This document shows, piece by piece, positions 1 through 7,767 of a DNA stretch of 64,000 nt; position 1 is the first letter of the stretch; each line of letters opens with the position of its first letter. The DNA is from a virus (taxonomy: Duplodnaviria; Heunggongvirae; Uroviricota; Caudoviricetes), in IMG/VR virus record IMGVR_UViG_3300046506_000279; one strand, written 5' to 3'. Made by a program: the position numbers and the translations under genes. The notes beneath the pieces were generated by a model. That model was not told where the DNA came from. It was given only the letters and a program-made list of their open reading frames with translations, and did not search any database.

Positions 1-760
1 TGCCAATTAAAGGCTTGCGGGCCACGCAGATCGGTTCATGGGCGGGTTTCAGGGCAGTGCCCCAGCCGTCCCACTGGCGGGCGGCGTCGGTGGCGGGGAC
101 GGTGACAGTAGGCACGTACTCGCGCCCGTTGTCCTTAATCCACGAGCCGGTTTCGTTCTGGTCGGCACCGGGGATCATGCGTTTAACGGCTTTCCCCTCG
201 CTCAGCACCTCGCGCTCAGCCCCCGCGGCCTTGTCGATCGCCTTACTCACGTTCATGCTTTTTGGGAAACCCGAGCCATAGGTCCAGGCCGCTTCGCTGC
301 CCAACCCGAGCTGGTCGTTCAGCAGTTCGGCCAGCGCGCCGCGCTGCTCGTCGTTCAGGCTGTCCCATAGGGCACCGTACTTGGTCTCTGGCCCGCACAG
401 ATTCAGCATGCGGTCGCGCACCTCGAACCCAGCATCCTCGATCGCGCACGCCATGCGGTGGTAGGTGCGGCTGCCGCTAAAGGCCAGCAGGTGGCCGCCG
501 GGTTTCAGCACGCGCAGGGCTTCCGCCCACAGTTCGACGGTGAAGGCGATGTTGCCGCCATCCCAGGTCATGCCCATGAAGCCGGCGCTGATGCGCGCCC
601 GCCCGTGGGGCGTGTCGAGGCTGACCGAGGCTTCCCCGGTCCCACCCTTCTTGCCGGCGGTCAGGTGGTACGGCGGGTCGGTGACGATGCTGTCAACGCT
701 GTTGTCGGGCATGGCGCGCATCACGTCGATGCAGTCGCCCAGGTGGAGGGTGTAGGTCAT
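1..760 (-). CDS. DNA N6-adenine/N4-cytosine methyltransferase (partial; C-terminus beyond window start)
   Basis: Minus-strand translation from the ATG at 758-760: MTYTLHLGDCIDVMRAMPDNSVDSIVTDPPYHL...LKPGGHLLAFSGSRTYH. It carries the DPPY catalytic motif and an AdoMet-binding region typical of PF01555 phage methylases. The reading frame stays open to position 1. The ORF track does not list it because it is truncated. Confidence 0.85.
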   Translation of the reverse strand, partial: MTYTLHLGDCIDVMRAMPDNSVDSIVTDPPYHLTAGKKGGTGEASVSLDTPHGRARISAGFMGMTWDGGNIAFTVELWAEALRVLKPGGHLLAFSGSRTYHRMACAIEDAGFEVRDRMLNLCGPETKYGALWDSLNDEQRGALAELLNDQLGLGSEAAWTYGSGFPKSMNVSKAIDKAAGAEREVLSEGKAVKRMIPGADQNETGSWIKDNGREYVPTVTVPATDAARQWDGWGTALKPAHEPICVARKPLIG

Positions 761-834
761 GCCCGCTCAATTCTCAGGTTTGTGAGTGTGCGCCGAGTGT
801 AGCGCACTGTCTGCGCGGCAATCAAATCTCCGCG

Positions 835-2934
835 TTACAGGGCTTTCAGGTCGGTTGCGCTCTCGGCCACGCGCAGCTCGCGGAAGGTGCCGCTGCCGGA
901 TATCGCGATCTGCCAGCGGTCGGCCAGGAAGCCGCCCGGCAGGCGGAAGGTGGTGATGCCGTTCAGGGCGCTCTCGGTGTGGCGCAGGATGCCGTCGGCA
1001 TAAAAGTCGATCTGCCAGTCGCCGCCGCACACGGCCTGCGCCACGCTGTAGTTGCAGGGGCGGTTCAGCACAAAGGTGCGGCTGGTCCAGGCCGCGTTCA
1101 GGGCCGGTCCACCGGCCAGGCGCAGCAGGGTGGCGCCGTTGACCAGGAAGCACTGGTCGGCCACCGGCGACACGAAATTGCACTGGGCCACCAGGCTGGG
1201 CAGTTCGGTCATGGCGCCGCGCGCTTCGTCGAGGCCGATCATGAAGGGGGTGAAGCTGGCGTCTGCCGAATACACCAGCAGGCGGCCGTCCCAGACCGCG
1301 AAGCGCATGCTGGCCAGCCCGGCACCGTAGCGGGCGCGCCAGACGTCGCGCGTGAAGTAGTTGTCGGAAAACGCCATGGTCGGCAGGCCGCCGTCGTAGG
1401 CCACGATGCCGTCGTGGCTGGCGTAGACGATCTGGCCGCCCAGGTCGGCCAGCGCCCACTTGCTGGCCCCGGCCTGCTGGATGTTCAGCACCGAATGGGT
1501 CATGGCGTCGGGGGACACGCCGGCCACCACGTAGGGCTTGCCGCTGGTGGTGATCAGGCTGCTGGTGCCGACCACGATCGCGCCGACGATCTGGTAGTCG
1601 CCGAAGGTCAAGACGTACTGCGGCGGCCAGCTCCACGGCTTGTAGGCGTCGGAGAAGTGCAGTTCGTTGGCTTTCCACGCCATCAGGATGCCGTTCGGCA
1701 GCGCGGTCAGGCCGGTCAGGTTGGGGTCGGGCGGGTAGTAGTTGGTCGAGGCCAAGGCCTCGTTCAGCTGCTCGGCGGTGACGTCGTCGTGGAAGGTGAG
1801 GGTGGCGGCCGGCTCGCCCAGCACGTCGATCTTGCCGACGTAGAAGTATTCGGCAATGGTGCCGGAATCGGGGGTGCGGTAGATCCGCAGTTCCTTGATC
1901 GGCGCGTAGTCGATCACGGGCGGGGTCCACGCAATGCCGACGTCGATCGGCCCCAGCGGGAAGGTCAGCTGGGTCGGGTCGGACGGCGGGCCTTCCTCGC
2001 CGTAGGTGTTGACCATGGTCCAGACGTAGGCGCGGGTGACGTCGTCCGGGACGGCCGCGGCGGGCAGGGTTTCGCCTTCGACCTGGGCCGGAATCAGGGT
2101 GATGCTCCAGTTGCCCAGGAACCACCAGCCGATGCTGTAGTCGTTGCCAAAGCGCAGCGTGAAGTCGTGGGTGCCGGCATCTAAGGCGATGCTGCCGGTG
2201 GCGAAGTGCGGCTCGCTCATGCCGGCCACGCCCGATTCGGTCTGGGCCAGGAACGGGCCGCCGGCGCCGTCGGCGGTCAGTTCGACCCGCACGTTGAAGT
2301 TGTCGCCGGCCGCATAGCTGACCGACTGCCAGTTGACCAGGGCCACCACGCTGCCGGCCACCGGCAGGGTGATGCTGGCGGTGGCGATCACGCTGCCCAT
2401 GCCGGCCCCGGCGTGGTATTCGAAGGCGCTGGTGTCAAAACCATGGACGAACACCGGCAGCACGCCGGCGTTGCTGCCCGTGTCGCCGCTGCCGCTGCTC
2501 GCTTCGGCCACGGTCGGGGCGCTGGGGGCGCGCGGCACGCCCACCCGGTAGCTGGTCGCTGGTTCACCGCCGCCGGGGCTCATGCCGGCGCGGCTGGCCA
2601 CGCGGATGTCGTCCGGGGTGCTGTAGTACAGGCGGTTGAAGGTGTCGGCCGCCATCGGGCTGCGCACCGCGTTGACGTCCACCGGCCAGCTGTAGAACAA
2701 AGTGCCGTCGTCGGTGTACAGGCTGGCCGCGTTGTCGGTCAGCGCATGCTCGGGCAGGCTGCCGGCCGCGCTGCGCAGTTCGCCATAGGCGAAGTCGCAG
2801 TTGTGCGCCAGCGTGGCGGCGTTGGGCGGCAGCAGGGTGTCGGGGGTGCGCGGGATCAGGCCGGCGAAGCGGTCGAATTTTAATTGATTTGCCATGGGCA
2901 AGTCCGATGTGGGATAGTGGCGGGGTGGTGCCAT
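835..2934 (-). CDS. large virion/tail-associated protein (699 aa; likely receptor-binding or host-specificity type)
   Basis: Single long minus-strand ORF (MAPPRH...; alternative start MANQLKFDRF at 2895). It is beta-rich with FN3/Ig-like segments (YRVGVPRAPSAPTV, IKELRIYRTPDSGT). There is no tape-measure-like helical bias and no recombinase motifs. Function is inferred from composition and context only. Confidence 0.45.
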   Translation of the reverse strand: MAPPRHYPTSDLPMANQLKFDRFAGLIPRTPDTLLPPNAATLAHNCDFAYGELRSAAGSLPEHALTDNAASLYTDDGTLFYSWPVDVNAVRSPMAADTFNRLYYSTPDDIRVASRAGMSPGGGEPATSYRVGVPRAPSAPTVAEASSGSGDTGSNAGVLPVFVHGFDTSAFEYHAGAGMGSVIATASITLPVAGSVVALVNWQSVSYAAGDNFNVRVELTADGAGGPFLAQTESGVAGMSEPHFATGSIALDAGTHDFTLRFGNDYSIGWWFLGNWSITLIPAQVEGETLPAAAVPDDVTRAYVWTMVNTYGEEGPPSDPTQLTFPLGPIDVGIAWTPPVIDYAPIKELRIYRTPDSGTIAEYFYVGKIDVLGEPAATLTFHDDVTAEQLNEALASTNYYPPDPNLTGLTALPNGILMAWKANELHFSDAYKPWSWPPQYVLTFGDYQIVGAIVVGTSSLITTSGKPYVVAGVSPDAMTHSVLNIQQAGASKWALADLGGQIVYASHDGIVAYDGGLPTMAFSDNYFTRDVWRARYGAGLASMRFAVWDGRLLVYSADASFTPFMIGLDEARGAMTELPSLVAQCNFVSPVADQCFLVNGATLLRLAGGPALNAAWTSRTFVLNRPCNYSVAQAVCGGDWQIDFYADGILRHTESALNGITTFRLPGGFLADRWQIAISGSGTFRELRVAESATDLKAL

Positions 2935-3350
2935 GCGCAGGCTGATGCGCTAAGACTTGGCTGCTAGATCGTGGGGTGGAAGCCCACCATGGTGCGGCCT
3001 CTCGATATTCCAAAAGCCGGGGTTCAGCACCGGCCACCACACCGAACCCCGGTACCCGGAAATGGGCTCCGGCGATTGGCTGGCGTAAGCAGCCCACACG
3101 ACTGGCGATTCAGCCGGGCACGCAAGCCACTGTCTTCGGGTGATCTCGGGGGTATCCCGGCCGGGAGTGGGACTGCGCGGAGAGTCGCCAGTCGTGTGGT
3201 GGAGTGACAAGCGCAGGCTGATGCGCGCGCTGGATGGCCAAGGTGCTAATACCCGCAAGGTAGCGGCAACGACTAGGGCGGTTCGATTCCGCCTTGCGCC
3301 CGAAGCTAACGATGACGCCAGGGCAAGCCGGGGATCAGCACCGGCCACCA
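2925..3350. repeat. about 300-bp imperfect tandem duplication (two direct-repeat pairs)
   Basis: gcgcaggctgatgcgc occurs at 2925-2940 and at 3211-3226. gccggggNtcagcaccggccaccac occurs at 3016-3040 and at 3326-3350 with one mismatch. Unit 2 contains a tRNA 3'-like segment. Unit 1 contains a degraded copy (ggcctctcgatattcc). Confidence 0.6.
3277..3301 (+). other. tRNA-like 3' fragment (T-arm plus acceptor 3' strand); no complete tRNA
   Basis: GGCGG-TTCGATT-CCGCC is a perfect 5-bp T-stem with the canonical T-psi-C loop, followed by TTGCGCC and a discriminator C. No matching 5' acceptor strand or anticodon arm could be folded upstream. It looks like an att-core or tRNA remnant. Confidence 0.4.
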
Positions 3351-3389
3351 CTTTTATTCCATCAGGCAGGCAATGGGCATTCAAGCAAC

Positions 3390-3938
3390 ATGAGCAAACG
3401 ATTCGGCCGCAACCAGCGGCGCCGCCTGCGCGCACAGGTCGCCGCGCAAGATAAGACCCTTGGCGAGCTGGACGGCGCGCTGACGATGGCGCAGGGACTG
3501 CTGCGCGAGCACAGCCGCAGCCTGGCCGAGCAGCGCGCGTTCTTTGCGGCGGTGGCGCGGCTGGTGGGGCAGCAGTCGGTGATTGCCGGCACCCAGCCGC
3601 AGCGTCTGCTGGGGCACGCGCCGCTGCGCGACCGCTTTTTCATCGAACCGTACTCGCCACTGGCGGCGCTGTCGGTCTCGCCCGACGCCGGGCCGCAGGA
3701 GATTGCCCGCGCCCGCTATGAAGTGCTGCGCCTGCTCGAGACCAGCGCCGTGCAGGACGTGTTTTCGCGTGCGCTGCACCTGCGCGCGCACCTGGCCGAT
3801 CAGTCGGTCGGCTATGCGATCTCGGAAACCGCGCTGGCCATCCTGTCGCACGAGGATCTGGTGGCGCAGGTGCTGCCGCACATGGCGCAGCTGCTGGTCA
3901 AGCAGATCAAGGACGCGGTTCCTGCCTGGCGGCGCTGA
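3390..3938 (+). CDS. hypothetical protein (182 aa, helical)
   Basis: First ATG of ORF 3294..3938 is at residue 33 (MSKRFGRNQRRR...). It is the first gene of a plus-strand island. No recognisable motifs. Confidence 0.5.
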   Translation: MSKRFGRNQRRRLRAQVAAQDKTLGELDGALTMAQGLLREHSRSLAEQRAFFAAVARLVGQQSVIAGTQPQRLLGHAPLRDRFFIEPYSPLAALSVSPDAGPQEIARARYEVLRLLETSAVQDVFSRALHLRAHLADQSVGYAISETALAILSHEDLVAQVLPHMAQLLVKQIKDAVPAWRR

Positions 3939-3996
3939 GCGGCGGTTTTTGGGGCCGCCGGTGCGCTATACTTTCGGCGCGAGAAGAGAGGCAAGC

Positions 3997-4488
3997 ATGC
4001 ACACCATTTCAACCAACTACATCCTCGGCGCGACCGCCGGGCCGGTCATCGACGCCCGCTTGCGCGAGGAATTCCAGGTGCCGCCCGGCACCGAAGTCAG
4101 CCTGTCGGTGTTCGAGGTGCGGGTCGACCACACCGTGCGCTACTGCTGCTGGGCCGGTGGCGAGCTCACGCCGTATGGCGGCCCCGACGGCGGCCAGCCG
4201 CGGCTGACCCTGGTCGGGCAGGCCGCCGTCGATGCGCTGGCCAACCTGCCGTTCCTGGCGGAGCGGTCCGGCCTGACGCTGGTGTTCCAGGAACTGAAGC
4301 TGGGCAAGACGCCGCTGCGCGACAAGGTGCTGGCGGCGTTTCGGCGCACGGCCGACAGCCCGACCCTGATCGCCTTCGTGGGCGACCTGTCCGGCGAGCT
4401 CGACGGGCCGATCGGCCAGGCCTTCAACATCAGCGGCGCGGTGCTGGTGGGCGAGTGCGCCGGGATGGCGCTGCCGGGGGCGCGATGA
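3997..4488 (+). CDS. hypothetical protein (163 aa)
   Basis: MHTISTNYILGATAG... with an agagagg-type SD 6 nt upstream. Its stop overlaps the next start (ATGA). Confidence 0.5.
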   Translation: MHTISTNYILGATAGPVIDARLREEFQVPPGTEVSLSVFEVRVDHTVRYCCWAGGELTPYGGPDGGQPRLTLVGQAAVDALANLPFLAERSGLTLVFQELKLGKTPLRDKVLAAFRRTADSPTLIAFVGDLSGELDGPIGQAFNISGAVLVGECAGMALPGAR

Positions 4489-4700
4489 GCGATCCGATCC
4501 TGGTGCTTGTGCATCGCCCGCTGGAGCGGCGCTACTGCAGCGCAGACAGCCCGATGGCCATGGCCGACAAGGACCGCTTCCAGTGGGGCCATCCCGATGC
4601 GGCGGCGGTCAAGCCGTTCTTCAACCTGGTGATCTACCGCTGCCCGCATTGCAACCTGTACTTCCATGCGCCGGCGCGGCCGGAAGGGGCCACAGCATGA
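4485..4700 (+). CDS. small Cys-containing protein (71 aa, CPHC)
   Basis: MSDPILVLVHRPLERRYCSADSP...YRCPHCNLYF. It has ATGA overlaps with both neighbours, indicating translational coupling. Confidence 0.5.
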   Translation: MSDPILVLVHRPLERRYCSADSPMAMADKDRFQWGHPDAAAVKPFFNLVIYRCPHCNLYFHAPARPEGATA

Positions 4701-5149
4701 GCCAATCGACCTTCCTGGGCGACGACCTGGATGCCAAGATCGCCCGCTACGGCTGGGCCGTGCTGGGCGTGTTCGGCGAGCACGACGCGCCGCCATTCGC
4801 CTACACCGTCGGCCTGGCCGCCAAGGGCTGGCCGGAACTGATCGTGTTCGGGCTGCCGCTGGACGTCGCGCGCCAGTTCCTCAACCAGCTGGGGCGGCGC
4901 CTGCGCGATGGCGAGCAGCTGCCGCTCGACACCGCCATGCTCGGCGTGGCCGAAGGCTTCCCGGCGCAGCTGGTGGCGGTGCCGCGCCAGGCCAGCGACC
5001 AGTACATGTTCGCCACCCGGCGCCGCTACCCGGACTATCGGGCGCTGCAGCTGGTCTGGACCGACAAGGCCGGGCGCTTCCCGTGGGAGCGCGCCTACGA
5101 TCCGCAGTTCAAGGCGCTGCAGCCAGTGCTGCGCAGCCGCTTGCATTAG
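4697..5149 (+). CDS. DUF4262-like protein (150 aa)
   Basis: MSQSTFLGDDLDAKIARYGWAVLGVFGEHDAPPFAYTVGLAAKGWPELIVFGLP... It matches my recollection of the DUF4262 core (PPFAYTVGL...PEL). Coupled to the upstream gene by an ATGA overlap. Confidence 0.5.
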   Translation: MSQSTFLGDDLDAKIARYGWAVLGVFGEHDAPPFAYTVGLAAKGWPELIVFGLPLDVARQFLNQLGRRLRDGEQLPLDTAMLGVAEGFPAQLVAVPRQASDQYMFATRRRYPDYRALQLVWTDKAGRFPWERAYDPQFKALQPVLRSRLH

Positions 5150-5160
5150 GGATGGTAGGC

Positions 5161-5490
5161 ATGACAGATCGGGAATTACTGGAATTGGCGGCGAAGGCGG
5201 CGGGGATCGGCCTTTGGTGGGATTATATCGACGGCCAGGACGTGTGCAGCACGGACGGTGGCACCGACTGGAACCCGCTGCTCGATGACGGCGATGCGCT
5301 GCGGCTGGCGGTCAAACTGGGCTTTTGCGTCACCGTGTTCCTGAACCAGGGCGATGTGTGGGTCGGGTACGCGGCCGGCAACGTGCGCGGCAACCATATC
5401 GAGCCGCTGGGCGCTGATCACTACGCCGCGACCCGGCGCGCGATCGTCGAGGCCGCGGCGATCATTGGGGCCACCATGGCACCCGCTTAA
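5161..5490 (+). CDS. hypothetical protein (109 aa)
   Basis: MTDRELLELAAKAAGIGLWWDYIDGQDV... This is the in-frame ATG inside track ORF 4666..5490, preceded by gggatggtagg. Confidence 0.45.
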   Translation: MTDRELLELAAKAAGIGLWWDYIDGQDVCSTDGGTDWNPLLDDGDALRLAVKLGFCVTVFLNQGDVWVGYAAGNVRGNHIEPLGADHYAATRRAIVEAAAIIGATMAPA

Positions 5491-5503
5491 CAATGGACTT
5501 GGA

Positions 5504-5833
5504 ATGGATAAGCAACCAACACCCCGGCTCAGCGGGCCGGATGAACTGCTGATCGAGTGGCTGGCCGAGCACCCGGATCACTACGAGCAAATCGAGGTCA
5601 AGGGCGAGGCCGGCATCTGCTGCCTGCACCGCTTCATGTTCACCTGGGCGATCCTGGCCGGGATGAACAACTGCGGCTATGAGGACCGCTGGTGCTATGC
5701 CGACCGGGCCAGGGCGCAGGCGGCCTACGCCGCGTGGGATGGCAGCGGCGAGCCCGGCGGTTGGCATCGGCATCCAGATTCGGGAAGACGGCGCACGGAT
5801 GGCGATCCGGCGACGGAATACGTCGAGCACTGA
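5504..5833 (+). CDS. hypothetical protein (109 aa, Cys/His-rich)
   Basis: MDKQPTPRLSGPDELLIEWLAEHPDHYEQIEVKGEAGICCLHRF... This is the internal ATG of ORF 5354..5833. Confidence 0.45.
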   Translation: MDKQPTPRLSGPDELLIEWLAEHPDHYEQIEVKGEAGICCLHRFMFTWAILAGMNNCGYEDRWCYADRARAQAAYAAWDGSGEPGGWHRHPDSGRRRTDGDPATEYVEH

Positions 5834-5913
5834 CCGGCGCCGCTAGTCGGTCGCCGCCTGCGTGCTGTCATACACCTTAATGCTGGCGTTCCATCTAATG
5901 TCTACGGAGAACG

Positions 5914-6204
5914 ATGATGAGTGATGTACCGGAGTCGGGCGATGCGACGGATGTCGCGATCGGCCTGTTTCTCCCACCCATGCTGGCCGCCATGCGCGCG
6001 GTGCGTGCCCAGCACCCCGGCCTGGCGCTGCCTGCGCTGGCCGGGGCCGCCGCGATGGTCTTGCGGCTGCTGGCAGTGGAAGATGCGGCGGCCGCACAGG
6101 CACGCCCCGATGCGGGCGAGCTGGTGCCGCGGTCGCCGTCTGCCGTCAAGCTGGACATGATCGCGGAGTTCACGCTGGCGATGCGCGGCAGTAACCTAGT
6201 TTAA
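5914..6204 (+). CDS. hypothetical protein (96 aa)
   Basis: MMSDVPESGDATDV... with a GGAG SD 5 nt upstream. Its 3' end converges on, and overlaps, the Rz gene end. Confidence 0.5.
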   Translation: MMSDVPESGDATDVAIGLFLPPMLAAMRAVRAQHPGLALPALAGAAAMVLRLLAVEDAAAAQARPDAGELVPRSPSAVKLDMIAEFTLAMRGSNLV

Positions 6205-6749
6205 TCCGCCGTCGCCTTCGCGGCCGCGTCGTACAGCACCACGCACGCCCCCAGCGCGCTCAAGGCGTCGTTGCGGGTCTGCCTTGCCCATTCAAGATCA
6301 CTTGCCACGCCTGGGGCGAGAGTGGCGGCTGGCGGCTCGCCTCGCGGATCCAGTCCGGCAGCGGCGGCAGCGTCACCTTGTCGGGCGGGGGCAGCGGGGG
6401 CGCAGCTGGCGGCGACGCGCAGCCGCTGGCGGCCAGCAGCAAGATCAGACTGCAGCGCAGTCGAGCGGGCTTGTTGGTCATGGAACTCCAGTTCTTTGGT
6501 GGCGAGGGCGGCTTCGGCGGCCTCGAGGGTGGTCTGGCGCCTGGCGATCTCGGCGTTGGCGGCGGCCAGCGCGGTGGCGGCGGCGGTGGCATTGGTGGCG
6601 TCGACCAGCGCGCGTTCGGTGCGCTCGAGCGCGCGGCCGTCGTCGATCAGGCTGGCGCGGTACGCCAGCGCCGCGCCCGCGCTGGCCACCAGCAGCAGCG
6701 CGCCGGCGGCCAGCCGGGCGGGCAGCGGCAGCAGCTCAGTCAGGTTCAC
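6201..6749 (-). CDS. i-spanin (Rz-like)
   Basis: Putative GTG start: VNLTELLPLPARLAAGALLLVASAGAALAY. That is an N-terminal TM followed by a periplasmic Ala/Glu coiled coil. GRQRLRVAASC matches the lambda Rz GRKRLHIKAVC motif. There is also a C-terminal Cys. Confidence 0.75.
   Translation of the reverse strand: MNLTELLPLPARLAAGALLLVASAGAALAYRASLIDDGRALERTERALVDATNATAAATALAAANAEIARRQTTLEAAEAALATKELEFHDQQARSTALQSDLAAGRQRLRVAASCAPAAPARQGDAAAAAGLDPRGEPPAATLAPGVASDLEWARQTRNDALSALGACVVLYDAAAKATAD
6260..6481 (-). CDS. o-spanin (Rz1-like), embedded in the +1 frame of Rz
   Basis: MTNKPARLRCSLILLLAASGCASPPAAPPLPPPDKVTLPPLPDW... It has a lipoprotein signal with lipobox AASGC and a proline-rich mature part. 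GGAG SD upstream. It lies entirely inside the Rz gene. Confidence 0.75.
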   Translation of the reverse strand: MTNKPARLRCSLILLLAASGCASPPAAPPLPPPDKVTLPPLPDWIREASRQPPLSPQAWQVILNGQGRPATTP

Positions 6750-6846
6750 GCTCGTCGTCCTTTCCCAAGGGCGAATGGGCGATGTCGCACCACGCCCAGA
6801 ACAGCACCACGGCCGAGATTGCGGCAAATCCGAGCAGATACCACAT
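6736..6846 (-). CDS. 36-aa single-TM peptide
   Basis: MWYLLGFAAISAVVLFWAWCDIAHSPLGKDDEREPD, with a strong GGAGG SD 6 nt upstream. It sits between the Zn-ribbon gene and Rz, and its 3' end overlaps the Rz start. Confidence 0.45.
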   Translation of the reverse strand: MWYLLGFAAISAVVLFWAWCDIAHSPLGKDDEREPD

Positions 6847-6870
6847 GGCTACCTCCGTTACGGTGGGAAA

Positions 6871-7086
6871 TCATGGGCTGGCGTCCGGCGCCCAGCCGAA
6901 GTGGCCGGCCTCGTAGCCGCAGCAGGCGCAGCGCAGCAGCGGGAAGCCGCCGGCCAGGCGGTACACCGCCTTCCAGGTCTTGTTCTGGCATGCCCCGCAG
7001 GCCAGCACTTCCTCGGTGGCGGCGGTGGGTGTGGCGTTGCGGTAGGCCAGGAACACCACCTTGTTGTCGTCGGGGGTGTCGCTCAT
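6871..7086 (-). CDS. Zn-ribbon protein (71 aa; CGAC...CACC)
   Basis: MSDTPDDNKVVFLAYRNATPTAATEEVLACGACQNKTWKAVYRLAGGFPLLRCACCGYEAGH. Its start overlaps the upstream stop (ATGA). Confidence 0.55.
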   Translation of the reverse strand: MSDTPDDNKVVFLAYRNATPTAATEEVLACGACQNKTWKAVYRLAGGFPLLRCACCGYEAGHFGWAPDASP

Positions 7087-7301
7087 TTGTCGGCCAGGCT
7101 GGTCGTGGTCTTGAAGCGCAGCACGATGTTGGCCGTCACCACCACCAGCCCGATCAGCTTGTAGGTGTCGGGCGACAGGTAGGCGGCCAGCTCGGGCAGG
7201 CTGTCCTTGGCGTATTCCAAGGCGGGCAACGCGGCCAGCAGCAGGCCGTTGAACCAGATCACGACCGATTTGCGCATCCCGCGCAGGCTGGCGAGCGTCA
7301 T
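7083..7301 (-). CDS. class-II-holin-like protein (72 aa, 2 TM)
   Basis: MTLASLRGMRKSVVIWFNGLLLAALPALEYAKDSLPELAAYLSPDTYKLIGLVVVTANIVLRFKTTTSLADK. It has two TM helices and a charged C-terminus. ATGA overlap with the endolysin stop. Confidence 0.6.
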   Translation of the reverse strand: MTLASLRGMRKSVVIWFNGLLLAALPALEYAKDSLPELAAYLSPDTYKLIGLVVVTANIVLRFKTTTSLADK

Positions 7302-7765
7302 GGTGCGAGTCCTCCGCCGGCACGCTGGTAGGCGGCCAGCAATTTGTCGAGCTTCTGTTCGGGCTGGCCGTAGCCGGCGCCCGGGAAACTGGCCCAGCGG
7401 CTGCGGCATTTCTCGATCGCCTGGGCGATGCGGCCGGCGCACACGTCGTCGTAGGCGTGGCATTCCTTGATCAATTGGGTGGCCCACTTGTCCTGCGATT
7501 CGGGGCCGAAGTCGGGCAGGTGCAGTTCGTCGCGGTAGGCTTCCCAGTAGCGCCCCATGAACTGGTAGCGCCCGGCGGCGTCCGAATTCTGGACGGCGCT
7601 GCGGCGGCGCGGGTGGGCCGCGTAGCTGTCGAACAGGATCGGGTTGGTGGGGGTCGAGCCGACGCACACGTCGTAGCCGTTGTCGCTCAGGTTCAGCAGG
7701 CGCGGGCCGATCTCGCTGAACGCGACTAGGTCGAGAAAGGCCTTCAGGTTGGCGAGCCGGTTCAT
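7298..7765 (-). CDS. endolysin, lambda R-type lytic transglycosylase (GH104)
   Basis: MNRLANLKAFLDLVAFSEIG...NGYDVCVGS...AGRYQFMGRYWEAY...RWASFPGAGYGQ is collinear with lambda R (KAFLDMLAWSEGT...GYDVIVGG...GAGRYQLLSRWWDAY...IWASLPGAGYGQ). GGAGG SD. There is no SAR/TM N-terminus. Confidence 0.85.
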   Translation of the reverse strand: MNRLANLKAFLDLVAFSEIGPRLLNLSDNGYDVCVGSTPTNPILFDSYAAHPRRRSAVQNSDAAGRYQFMGRYWEAYRDELHLPDFGPESQDKWATQLIKECHAYDDVCAGRIAQAIEKCRSRWASFPGAGYGQPEQKLDKLLAAYQRAGGGLAP

Positions 7766-7767
7766 GG

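Noticed and set aside
767-2184. Long ORFs 767..2125(-), 979..2184(+), 2206..2883(+)
   Set aside because: Arg/Gly/Pro-rich translations typical of off-frame reading of high-GC DNA. They overlap the well-behaved 835..2934 gene frame.
835-2934. 699-aa protein as serine integrase or tape measure
   Set aside because: There is no N-terminal resolvase catalytic domain and no Ala/Gly helical TMP-like composition. It is beta-rich with FN3-like segments instead.
3277-3301. Complete tRNA gene
   Set aside because: Only a T-arm and acceptor 3' strand are present. No complementary 5' acceptor strand, D-arm or 7-nt anticodon loop could be folded, so I call it a fragment, not a tRNA.
6271-7331. ORFs 6271..7164(+), 6284..6916(+), 6378..7331(+), 6746..6991(-)
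   Set aside because: Antisense or off-frame GC artefacts across the spanin/holin/endolysin genes. They give Arg-rich low-complexity translations.
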